Source: an uncultured Gammaproteobacteria bacterium
Lineage (GTDB): Bacteria > Patescibacteriota > Patescibacteriia > Magasanikbacterales > UBA922
Reading direction: 5' to 3'
Length of the DNA stretch: 64,000 bases
NCBI GenBank assembly: GCA_964522435.1
Contig: CAZFUL010000003.1
Coordinates: 57,542-121,541, forward strand
The notes under the pieces were generated by a model. It was given only the letters and a program-made list of their open reading frames with translations, was not told the origin of the DNA and did not search any database. Made by a program: the position numbers and the translations under genes. Numbering within the stretch: the first letter of the stretch is position 1; each line of letters starts with the position of its first letter. Shown piece after piece: positions 28,007-36,313 of the stretch.

Positions 28007-28145
28007 CAGGCATCGGACGTCAGACCTGCTTTACTTGGTAAATTGTGTCTGAGGTCTGATGCCTGGCTGCAAAGCAGGTTTCTCGTTCAAGCAGACCCTC
28101 CATGCTTGTCGTGTGGAAGAGCCCCGATTGTTTCGGGGTTTTTTT
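28007..28145 (+). ncRNA. Candidate structured RNA in the nrdB 3' region, ending in a CCCCGAT-type terminator
   Basis: GC-rich 59-nt rod hairpin, an alternative 9-bp pairing, a small hairpin, and a terminator. Confidence 0.4.
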
Positions 28146-28151
28146 GTTGTA

Positions 28152-28844
28152 TTATTTTCCTTTATTCCTCTTTTGTTCCTGAAACCAGGCAATAGCCTGA
28201 TTCAAATCGTTAGGAGAAAAGGCAGGCCATTGTATTTGTGTAAAGTATAGTTCTGCATAGGTACTTTGCCAGGGGAGATAGTTGGATAATCGTTGGTCAC
28301 CACCCGTGCGAATTACCATATCAACATCAGGAATACCTTTTGTATCTAAATAGGCTTGAACCGTTGCCTCTGTTACCTCTAAGGATGTTAGCCCATCGGA
28401 CATCATGCGTTGTATTGTTCGGACAATTTCGTCTCGGCCGCCATAATTAGCGGCAAGGGTAAGAGTAAGGGTTTTGTTTTGTGCTGTTTGTTCTACAACC
28501 TCTGTCATGTTTCTTTGCACAGAATCTGGAAGTTTGGAAATATCACCAATAAGACGCAAGCGGACATCTTGTTTAAGAAAATCTTCGAGATAATCAACTA
28601 TTTTTTCAAAGAGAGAAAATAAGTAATTCAGTTCTTCTTCGGAACGATTTTTTATATTTTCTGTCGATAAAATATACATGGTAATATAGGGCACGCCAGC
28701 ATCAAGGGCTGCTTGCACAATCCGTTTTACATTTTTTGATCCTTCCATATGCCCCATCATTTTTGGGAGGCCTTTATTTGTTGCCCAGCGACGATTTCCG
28801 TCTAAAATAAGGGCGATATGTTGTGGGGGGGAGAATTGTTCCAT
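28152..28844 (-). CDS. uppS: Undecaprenyl diphosphate synthase
   Basis: HIALILDGNRRWA, STEN..R, NYGGRDEI, RTGGDQRLSNYLPWQ. Confidence 0.96.
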   Translation of the reverse strand: MEQFSPPQHIALILDGNRRWATNKGLPKMMGHMEGSKNVKRIVQAALDAGVPYITMYILSTENIKNRSEEELNYLFSLFEKIVDYLEDFLKQDVRLRLIGDISKLPDSVQRNMTEVVEQTAQNKTLTLTLAANYGGRDEIVRTIQRMMSDGLTSLEVTEATVQAYLDTKGIPDVDMVIRTGGDQRLSNYLPWQSTYAELYFTQIQWPAFSPNDLNQAIAWFQEQKRNKGK

Positions 28845-28917
28845 AGGAGAACGGTTAGAAGATATAACAAAGAAAGTATACATAGTTCATGGCCAATAGC
28901 CAATACTTTATATAGAC

Positions 28918-28946
28918 TTGAAATTTTTTTTATCTTCTGATATTCT
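28918..28946 (+). promoter_or_regulatory. tRNA-Leu promoter
   Basis: TTGAAA-17-TATTCT with TG extended -10. Confidence 0.65.
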
Positions 28947-28967
28947 TGTATACGATTAGACACAACT

Positions 28968-29053
28968 GCCCGGGTGGTGGAATGGTAGACACGAGGGACT
29001 TAAAATCCCTTGACCGTAAGGTCGTGCGGGTTCGATCCCCGCCCTGGGTACCA
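28968..29053 (+). tRNA. tRNA-Leu(TAA), CCA encoded
   Basis: GCCCGGG..AGGGA-CTTAAAA-TCCCT, long variable arm, ends CCTGGGTACCA. Confidence 0.97.
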
Positions 29054-29059
29054 CTATAC

Positions 29060-29090
29060 AAAAAAAGATGGTAAATAACCATCTTTTTTT
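29060..29090. terminator. Bidirectional terminator
   Basis: AAAAAAAGATGGT..ACCATCTTTTTTT. Confidence 0.8.
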
Positions 29091-29108
29091 GGTATCAATA
29101 AGCAGTTA

Positions 29109-30164
29109 TTAATTTCTTTGAAGCGGCGTTTTATAGTAATGGTCGTACATGTTCATAACCGCTAAAAACAACGCCATAATGATTGGTCCGATAATAAATC
29201 CAGACATACCAAACAGAACAATACCCCCAAGCGTAGAGAATAATACCAAAATAGGATGCATTTGCGTCTCTTTTTGGATAAGTGCTGGTCGGAGTAAATT
29301 ATCAATGTTACTTATAATAACAGCGCCGACTAATAAAATCGTTACCCCTTCCCACAAATTACCAGTTAAGAGCATAATACAGCCTACAGGGAACCAGACT
29401 AAAAACGAACCTACCGCGGGAATAATTGCAATAACCGTCATAATCACGGCCCAAACAAAGGCTGCTTCTACGCCAGTAATCGCAAAGGTAATCCAACCCA
29501 GTAGCCCTTGGATACCCCCAATAATAAAGGTCCCTTTTAAGGTTGCTCGTGTCATGGAGGTAAACCGTTCAGAAAGCATTTCTTCGTATTTTTCTCCTAA
29601 GGGAGAGAGATGCATGAGACGCTTGAGCATGCGCGTCCCATCTTTAAAAAAGTAATATAGGGTATAGAGCATGATAAAAAACATAAACGTAAAGCGAATA
29701 GAGTTTTGGGTGATGCTCTTTACGTTTTCGAAAATAAAGACACTAATATTTTTTGCAATATTTGCTGCTTGGGTAGACCATTCTGTGCGTATTTTATCTA
29801 CCACAGGGGAGAGGAGTTCGCTATCGAGTTGCAAGGTAACGGCGTCTACTTTTTGAACATAGTCTCCAGCAGATATGCGTTGATAGAGGTTCACTGATTC
29901 ATTTACCAAAAGTGTAGAAATAAGGATTAATGGTAAGAACAGTACGATAATAACGGAAATAACTGAAATAATAGAACTTAAGCTTGGATGTTTCAGATAT
30001 TTATCAATCCATCGATAGAGCGGATGAAATAGGACGGCAATTACTGCAGCCCAAAAAATTGGGAAAAAAAATGGGCGAATAAGATACAGAGCAACAACGC
30101 CAAGTAACACAATCAATGCGAGAAAAAATCCAGACTGCACCGTATTAAATTGAAGTGGACGCAT
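29109..30164 (-). CDS. AI-2E (PerM) family transporter
   Basis: Multi-TM; YYFFKDG, IDNLLRP, MHP..GG..FG..G.IIGP. Confidence 0.92.
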   Translation of the reverse strand: MRPLQFNTVQSGFFLALIVLLGVVALYLIRPFFFPIFWAAVIAVLFHPLYRWIDKYLKHPSLSSIISVISVIIVLFLPLILISTLLVNESVNLYQRISAGDYVQKVDAVTLQLDSELLSPVVDKIRTEWSTQAANIAKNISVFIFENVKSITQNSIRFTFMFFIMLYTLYYFFKDGTRMLKRLMHLSPLGEKYEEMLSERFTSMTRATLKGTFIIGGIQGLLGWITFAITGVEAAFVWAVIMTVIAIIPAVGSFLVWFPVGCIMLLTGNLWEGVTILLVGAVIISNIDNLLRPALIQKETQMHPILVLFSTLGGIVLFGMSGFIIGPIIMALFLAVMNMYDHYYKTPLQRN

Positions 30165-30310
30165 AGGACAATAAAACAGAGATAAATGTATATAGCTAGT
30201 GTAGCAACAATACGGACTTGTGTACAGCTGTAAGCCTTCTTTTTGAGATAAGATAAAGTGTGCTATAATTATATATACATACTATTCTTCATGCTCTATT
30301 TTATTTTTTT

Positions 30311-31291
30311 ATGAAAGAACCAACCTATCGCAATGCACTTGCTCATGCCTGGCAGATAACAAAAACACAAAAGATGCTGTGGTTTTTTGGTTTTTTTGCT
30401 GCGTGGTTAGGACAAATGGGGCTTATGGATATGGTGGCGCATATGATTGTTACGCAAAAAGAGTTTGCTTGGTATCCAACGGTATTTAGTATAAAAACGC
30501 AGATTCCTGCTATTCTTCAATCGTTTGAAGCCGTAGATTTTTCTTTTGCTGATAAGTTATGGTTTGGTTGGTTAGGTCTATTTTTACTTGGTGTTGGTAT
30601 TGCCTTGATTTGTGTATCAATTGCCTCCCAAGGAGCGCTTATTCACGGAATTTCTCAATCATTTTCTCGGGTAAAAAAACATATTGATGTTTCAACCGCT
30701 TGGCATAGTGGGGTATCCCATTTGGGAAGATTATTTTTTGTCCAATTACTGAAAAAAGGAATTATTTTTGTGATCACCTTCTTTTTAGGCTTAGCCTTGG
30801 TCAATGTTATTGATACAGGAAAACAGGCACAAGAACTTGTTGTATTTTTTGCCTTATTTATTCTGGGAACCTTTGTGGGGGTTGTGGTCTCATTACTGTC
30901 TGTATATGCGGCGGGATATATTGTCATTGAAAAGTATGGTTTTGTTCAGGCAATTCATGAGGCATGGAATTTATTTAAAGCGCATTGGCTTGTATCGTTA
31001 GAAATTGGCGTTATGTTGTTGTTTGTTAACCTGTTAGCAGCAATGCTTATTTTTTGTATTGGACTTTTCTTTTTAGTAGAAATGGGGATACTGTGGGCAG
31101 CTGCTATCAGCATACAGAGTACATTTTTGTGGATGATCAGTGTATTTTTTGGTATAGGGCTGTTGATTGTAAGTATTGCGGCTGTTGGAACCGCCATGAA
31201 TGTATTTACTACCTCAGTATGGACATATCTCTTTGTTCGTATGCATAAAAAAGGAATGGTGAGTCGTATTCTTCATCTGTTAGTAAAGTAA
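30311..31291 (+). CDS. Polytopic membrane protein
   Basis: AW.IT..K.LWFFG start and about six TMs; 3 bp from pilB. Confidence 0.75.
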   Translation: MKEPTYRNALAHAWQITKTQKMLWFFGFFAAWLGQMGLMDMVAHMIVTQKEFAWYPTVFSIKTQIPAILQSFEAVDFSFADKLWFGWLGLFLLGVGIALICVSIASQGALIHGISQSFSRVKKHIDVSTAWHSGVSHLGRLFFVQLLKKGIIFVITFFLGLALVNVIDTGKQAQELVVFFALFILGTFVGVVVSLLSVYAAGYIVIEKYGFVQAIHEAWNLFKAHWLVSLEIGVMLLFVNLLAAMLIFCIGLFFLVEMGILWAAAISIQSTFLWMISVFFGIGLLIVSIAAVGTAMNVFTTSVWTYLFVRMHKKGMVSRILHLLVK

Positions 31292-31294
31292 CCT

Positions 31295-33022
31295 ATGGGA
31301 ACAGGATTTAGTTCGATTGAAGACTTACTTGGTGCATCAAAAAAAACAGGGTCATCAGGAAAAGCACCAGCATATGGTAGTCCAGAAGATCTGTTTCACA
31401 AAAAGATGAAGCAAGTCTCTCAAAAAGAAAAAGAAGTTGAGGTGCAACGATCGGCTGCCCTTGTTTCTGTTCCGTATATTTCGTTAGAACATTTTCCGGT
31501 GAGCCATGAAGCCTTGCGTCAAATTCCAGAACAAGAGGCCCGAGACAAACAAGTGGTCTGTTTTTTTGCTACACCAGAAGAGTTTCGTTTAGGAGCCGTA
31601 TCTCCGACAGATGGGCAGGCAGATGAGCTCTTGCATGTTCTTGAAGAAAAAAATAACTCGCACGGAAAAATATATTCTATTTCTGAAGCCAGTTTGCAGC
31701 ATGTGTTGTTGTTATATAAAACGCTTCCTGTGGTACATGCAATTAGTAAAGACGTTTCGATTCAAGCATCCGAATTAGAGCAAGTACAAGCCTCGGTGAA
31801 TGATTTTTTGCAGTTTCAAGAACAATTACGCAAGAGTACGACAACAGATTTGCTCACCTTTATTATGGGGGCTGCGTTAAAGCTAGAAGCCTCTGATGTG
31901 CATATTGAAGCAGAAGAACAGCGGATTGTGTTGCGTTTTCGTATTGATGGTATTTTGCACGATGCGGCAAGTATTACTTCTGAGCAGTATAAAAAACTGG
32001 TTTCTCGGTTAAAATTACTGTCCTCATTAAAAATCAATATCACGGATAAACCGCAAGATGGACGCTTTACCGTAAAAACAAGTACGGGAGATATTGATAT
32101 TCGTGTTTCTCTTATTCCAACTATTTATGGAGAGAGTATTGTTATGCGTTTGTTGGTACAACGCCAAGAAGCCTATTCTTTTGAAGAGTTGGGTTTACGT
32201 GGGCAACAGCTTGACCGGTTAAAACGAGAGATGGATCGTCCCAATGGTATGATTATTACGACTGGGCCAACAGGGTCGGGGAAGACAACAACGTTATATG
32301 CCATGATGCATCAGTTAAATAAACCAGATGTTAAAATTATTACGCTCGAAGATCCAGTAGAATATAAAATGCCGGGCATTAACCAAAGTCAAATTGATAG
32401 GAGCAGTGATTATACATTTGCAAAAGGATTACGTTCATTATTACGCCAAGATCCTGATATTGCCATGGTGGGAGAAATTCGTGACTTAGAAACAGCTGAC
32501 ATTGCCATTCAGGCAGCATTAACAGGTCATTTAATGCTTTCTACGGTGCATACGAATGACGCTTTTGGGGCCATTGCTCGATTTTTATCTATGGGAGTAC
32601 AACCCTTTTTATTAGCCCCTGCATTAAACTGTGTGATTGGACAGCGCTTAGTTCGACGCTTGCGTGATGATTTGAAGCAACCAACGACCTTAACGGCAAG
32701 TCAACAAGAACGAGTGACGGCACTTATTGAAGATCTACCAGAACCTCTCCGTGCGGAAGTAAAAAATAGACCGCAAGTATTTTATTCTGTTCCAGAAGAA
32801 AATCCTCAAGGTGAGTTAGGATACCAAGGACGCTTAGGTATTTATGAGGTGTTTGTGGTTGATGATGACATTGAAGCTGCGATTAGTGCGGGAAACGTTG
32901 GAGAAGTCGATATTCGTCGTCTTGCAAAGAAACAAGGTACCATTACCATGGCGCAAGACGGTATATTAAAAGCGCTTGATGGCCTTACCTCTGTTGAAGA
33001 AGTCTTTCGTGTGATAGAATAG
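31295..33022 (+). CDS. pilB: Type IV pilus/T2SS assembly ATPase (PilB/GspE family)
   Basis: ASDVHIE, RFRIDG, PQDGRF, GPTGSGKTTT, LEDPVE, LRQDPD, GEIRD, TGHL.LSTVH. Confidence 0.92.
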   Translation: MGTGFSSIEDLLGASKKTGSSGKAPAYGSPEDLFHKKMKQVSQKEKEVEVQRSAALVSVPYISLEHFPVSHEALRQIPEQEARDKQVVCFFATPEEFRLGAVSPTDGQADELLHVLEEKNNSHGKIYSISEASLQHVLLLYKTLPVVHAISKDVSIQASELEQVQASVNDFLQFQEQLRKSTTTDLLTFIMGAALKLEASDVHIEAEEQRIVLRFRIDGILHDAASITSEQYKKLVSRLKLLSSLKINITDKPQDGRFTVKTSTGDIDIRVSLIPTIYGESIVMRLLVQRQEAYSFEELGLRGQQLDRLKREMDRPNGMIITTGPTGSGKTTTLYAMMHQLNKPDVKIITLEDPVEYKMPGINQSQIDRSSDYTFAKGLRSLLRQDPDIAMVGEIRDLETADIAIQAALTGHLMLSTVHTNDAFGAIARFLSMGVQPFLLAPALNCVIGQRLVRRLRDDLKQPTTLTASQQERVTALIEDLPEPLRAEVKNRPQVFYSVPEENPQGELGYQGRLGIYEVFVVDDDIEAAISAGNVGEVDIRRLAKKQGTITMAQDGILKALDGLTSVEEVFRVIE

Positions 33023-33050
33023 TATCAGTATTTTTTAATTTGCCTGTTAT

Positions 33051-34193
33051 ATGGTGTCTCGTCGTTCACAAACAAGTATTGTTCAGGAACAGCCAGTTCG
33101 TTTTTATAAACTTATTGCCTTAACATTTTTGGTATTAACCATTGCCTTATTAGGTATTGTTGTATTTATGTCTGCGAAGCGAGCAGAAATTACTATTAGT
33201 ACAAAAGTTGCTCCTATTGATATTACTTCTGACATTGTATTTTCTTCTGATCAAACACATGGCGTTGCCTATGAAATGGCAACTACCACAATAACTGAAG
33301 AGCGTCAATTTAAACCAAGTGGAACTAGAGAAGAGTTAGGAATTGCCGAAGGTATGGTGACCTTGCATAATGAAAGTACCCTTGATCAACCCTTGGTTGC
33401 GACAACCCGACTTCAGCAAGGAGATATTGTCTTTCGACTAAAAGAACGAGTTGTTGTTCCTGCGAAAGCGACGGTACAAAACGTTGCTGTGTATGCTGAT
33501 AAAGAGGGGGCTGAGTATCATTTACCGCCCACACGCTTTATTATTCCTGGTTTGCAAGAAGCAAAACAAAAAGAAATATATGCAACGAGCGATGCGCCTA
33601 TGACTGGCGGGATACGAAATATTGGTATTATTTCTTCTGAAGATATGGAGCAGGCGATTGCCAGTATGCGTGCGTATATTGAAAAAAAAGCCGCAGAAAC
33701 ATTTTCACCCGAATCAAGCAGTGGCAAACAAGCGCTTTTTCATGTGCAATCATTAGCCGTGGTACCCTCGCATGAGGTGGGTGAAGAAATTGATGCCTTT
33801 ACCCTTCAAGCAACTGCTGAGGTATTGATTGTGTCTTATGCGAGTGATGCCCTGCAGCAATGGGCGAAACAGGAGCTCACTAAACGTTCTTTAGAACATA
33901 CAGATCTTATACAACCGAGTGATAAAGCCCCTACCGTCACCTTTGTTCATTATGATGCGTCTAAGCAAGAAGCCACCGCACGTGTATTTTATGATGGGAC
34001 GGTAAGTTTATCCGCCGAAAGTAAACAAATAGAAAAGGCATTATTTTTTGGAAAAGATAAAAATGAAGTACGTCGATATTTATTAGGATTGGACCATGTA
34101 CATAGTGTTGACGTGAAATTACATCCTGCTTGGATTCAAACAGTGCCACACATTGCAGATCATGTAACCGTTATTATCCAAGAAGTAGAATAA
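33051..34193 (+). CDS. Membrane-anchored hypothetical protein, baseplate-J-like middle domain
   Basis: Single N-terminal TM; A.G.VTL.N..QPLVATTRL..V.V.AD..G..Y..P..F.IPGL..GG pattern. Confidence 0.6.
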   Translation: MVSRRSQTSIVQEQPVRFYKLIALTFLVLTIALLGIVVFMSAKRAEITISTKVAPIDITSDIVFSSDQTHGVAYEMATTTITEERQFKPSGTREELGIAEGMVTLHNESTLDQPLVATTRLQQGDIVFRLKERVVVPAKATVQNVAVYADKEGAEYHLPPTRFIIPGLQEAKQKEIYATSDAPMTGGIRNIGIISSEDMEQAIASMRAYIEKKAAETFSPESSSGKQALFHVQSLAVVPSHEVGEEIDAFTLQATAEVLIVSYASDALQQWAKQELTKRSLEHTDLIQPSDKAPTVTFVHYDASKQEATARVFYDGTVSLSAESKQIEKALFFGKDKNEVRRYLLGLDHVHSVDVKLHPAWIQTVPHIADHVTVIIQEVE

Positions 34194-34202
34194 AAAATTT
34201 TC

Positions 34203-34231
34203 TTGACAAAAATATATCGCGAGCGTACTAT
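34203..34231 (+). promoter_or_regulatory. thrS promoter
   Basis: TTGACA-17-TACTAT. Confidence 0.8.
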
Positions 34232-34249
34232 GTAGGTACGCTCTTTTGT

Positions 34250-34476
34250 TTCGTTTGTATAAGAATCAACCCAGAGTACACCGCTCGTTATAGAGAGGGA
34301 AAAGAGTTGCTGAAACTTTTCCTAACGAGAATTGCTCATGGTACCAGTCTTAAAGAAACCACAATACATAAAAGTAAAATAATTGGGTGGAACCGCCTTT
34401 GTTAACAGTTATTCTCAGGCCCCGATATAGTAGGTAATAAACGTCTTGTTTGTTGCATACTATATCGGGGTTTTTT
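34250..34476 (+). promoter_or_regulatory. T-box riboswitch (Thr)
   Basis: Stem I apex CTCGTTA/TAACGAG with AGAGA bulge and GCTGAAA loop; ACC codons at 34343 and 34358; T-box GGGTGGAACCGCC; antiterminator GCCT/AGGC plus GGG/CCC; overlapping terminator with T-tract. Confidence 0.9.
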
Positions 34477-34502
34477 ATATATAATTAATTATTTATCTAT
34501 CT

Positions 34503-36260
34503 ATGAGTATGCATGACAAACAGTATCTTGAACACCTTCGTCATTCTGCTGCGCATTTGCTTGCCGCTGCCATTATGGAATTATGGCCAAACAGCAAAAG
34601 AACGATTGGTCCTTCTATAGAAAATGGGTTTTATTTTGATTTCGATTTTGGTGATATAAAAATTTCTGAAGCAGATTTTCCTGCTATTGAAAAAAAAATG
34701 CATGACTTGCTGCCCAGTTGGAAAGGGTTTGAACGGCATGAACTCTCCGGGGATGACGCAAAAAAAGAATATCCAGACAATGCGTTTAAGCATGAATTAA
34801 TTGATGAATTTACCAAAAATGGAGAACTGGTATCTTTTTATAAATCAGGAAATTATTGGGATTTATGTCGTGGGGGGCATGTGAATCATCCGGATCAAGA
34901 AGTACAATATTTTAAGCTGCTTTCTGTTGCTGGAGCCTACTGGCGTGGAAGTGAAAAAAATCCTATGCTTACCCGCATTTATGGGACAGCATTTCCTTCT
35001 CAACAAGCATTAGATGAACATTTACAGATGCTTGAAGAAGCAAAAAAACGTGATCATAGAAAAATTGGTCAAGAACAAGGATTGTTTTTTATTGATGACA
35101 TGGTAGGAAAAGGGTTGGTGTTATGGCAACCAAACGGCATGATTATTCGTGAACAAGTAGAACAGTTGGCAAAAGAAAAAGAACGGGCTGCGGGCTATAA
35201 ACGGGTCGCAACACCGCATCTCGCCAAAGAAGAGCTTTTTTTAACCTCAGGACATTTGCCTTATTATAAAGAGGGGATGTATCCTCCAATGGTGATGGAT
35301 GATGGCACATATTATTTAAAAGCCATGAATTGTCCGCATCATCATATTATCTATAACCATGAGCCGCATAGCTATCGCCAATTACCGTTGCGATTAGCAG
35401 AATATGGAACCTGTTATCGAAACGAGCTGTCTGGGACCCTTGCTGGGCTATTACGGGTGCGGGGACTGGCCATGAACGATGCGCATATCTATTGTCGAAA
35501 AGATCAAATTGAAGAAGAATTTCGTTCTGTTATGACCTTAACCATGGAGTATTTTGCGATTTTTGGTTTACAAAATTATTGGTTCCGCTTGTCAAAATGG
35601 AGTAAAGATCATACAGACAAATATATTAATGAACCAGAACATTGGGAATATGCAGAAGGAGTATTGCGTACCGTCCTTCAAGATATGAAGGTACCGTTTG
35701 TGGAAGTCGATGATGAAGCAGCGTTCTATGGACCAAAAGTCGATGTACAGTTTAAATCAGCCGTTGGAAGAGAAGAAACCATGTCTACCATTCAATTAGA
35801 TTTTGCTGCAAAAAAACGTTTTGGATTAGTATATACGGATCAAGAAGGCAAAGAAAATAACGAGGTATTTGTGATTCATCGTGCCCCACTATCAACGCAC
35901 GAACGCTTTACCGCCTTTTTGATTGAACATTACGCAGGAGTATGGCCTGTGTGGCTTGCACCGGTTCAAGTAGCTATCTTACCTGTTTCTACAGACAAAC
36001 ATCTTTCTGGCGCACAAGCATTTGCAAAAGAATGTGAGAAAAAAGGATTGCGGGTCTGGGTGGATGATGCTGCTGAAACGGTTGGGAAAAAAATCCGTAA
36101 TGCCTCTAAGAGTAAAATTCCGTATGTGCTTGTGATGGGAGATAAAGAATTATCTGGTGACCTGTTAACTGTTCGTTTTCGAGGGCAAGAGGAACAACGA
36201 GAAATGCTGAAACAACAGTTTATTGACCAGGTTTCTCAAGAAATAGCAGAAAAAAAATAG
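34503..36260 (+). CDS. thrS: Threonyl-tRNA synthetase (no TGS domain)
   Basis: HSAAH, DLCRGGH, GAYWRG, RDHRK, MNCP, AAFYGPK, IHRA. Confidence 0.98.
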   Translation: MSMHDKQYLEHLRHSAAHLLAAAIMELWPNSKRTIGPSIENGFYFDFDFGDIKISEADFPAIEKKMHDLLPSWKGFERHELSGDDAKKEYPDNAFKHELIDEFTKNGELVSFYKSGNYWDLCRGGHVNHPDQEVQYFKLLSVAGAYWRGSEKNPMLTRIYGTAFPSQQALDEHLQMLEEAKKRDHRKIGQEQGLFFIDDMVGKGLVLWQPNGMIIREQVEQLAKEKERAAGYKRVATPHLAKEELFLTSGHLPYYKEGMYPPMVMDDGTYYLKAMNCPHHHIIYNHEPHSYRQLPLRLAEYGTCYRNELSGTLAGLLRVRGLAMNDAHIYCRKDQIEEEFRSVMTLTMEYFAIFGLQNYWFRLSKWSKDHTDKYINEPEHWEYAEGVLRTVLQDMKVPFVEVDDEAAFYGPKVDVQFKSAVGREETMSTIQLDFAAKKRFGLVYTDQEGKENNEVFVIHRAPLSTHERFTAFLIEHYAGVWPVWLAPVQVAILPVSTDKHLSGAQAFAKECEKKGLRVWVDDAAETVGKKIRNASKSKIPYVLVMGDKELSGDLLTVRFRGQEEQREMLKQQFIDQVSQEIAEKK

Positions 36261-36273
36261 CGTGTTGCTCTAT

Positions 36274-36303
36274 AAAAAAACCCCGATTGAATCGGGGTTT
36301 TTT
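36274..36303. terminator. Bidirectional terminator with exact CCCCGATTGAATCGGGG
   Basis: A-tract, 17-mer at 36281-36297, T-tract. Confidence 0.9.
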
Positions 36304-36313
36304 ATCATATATG

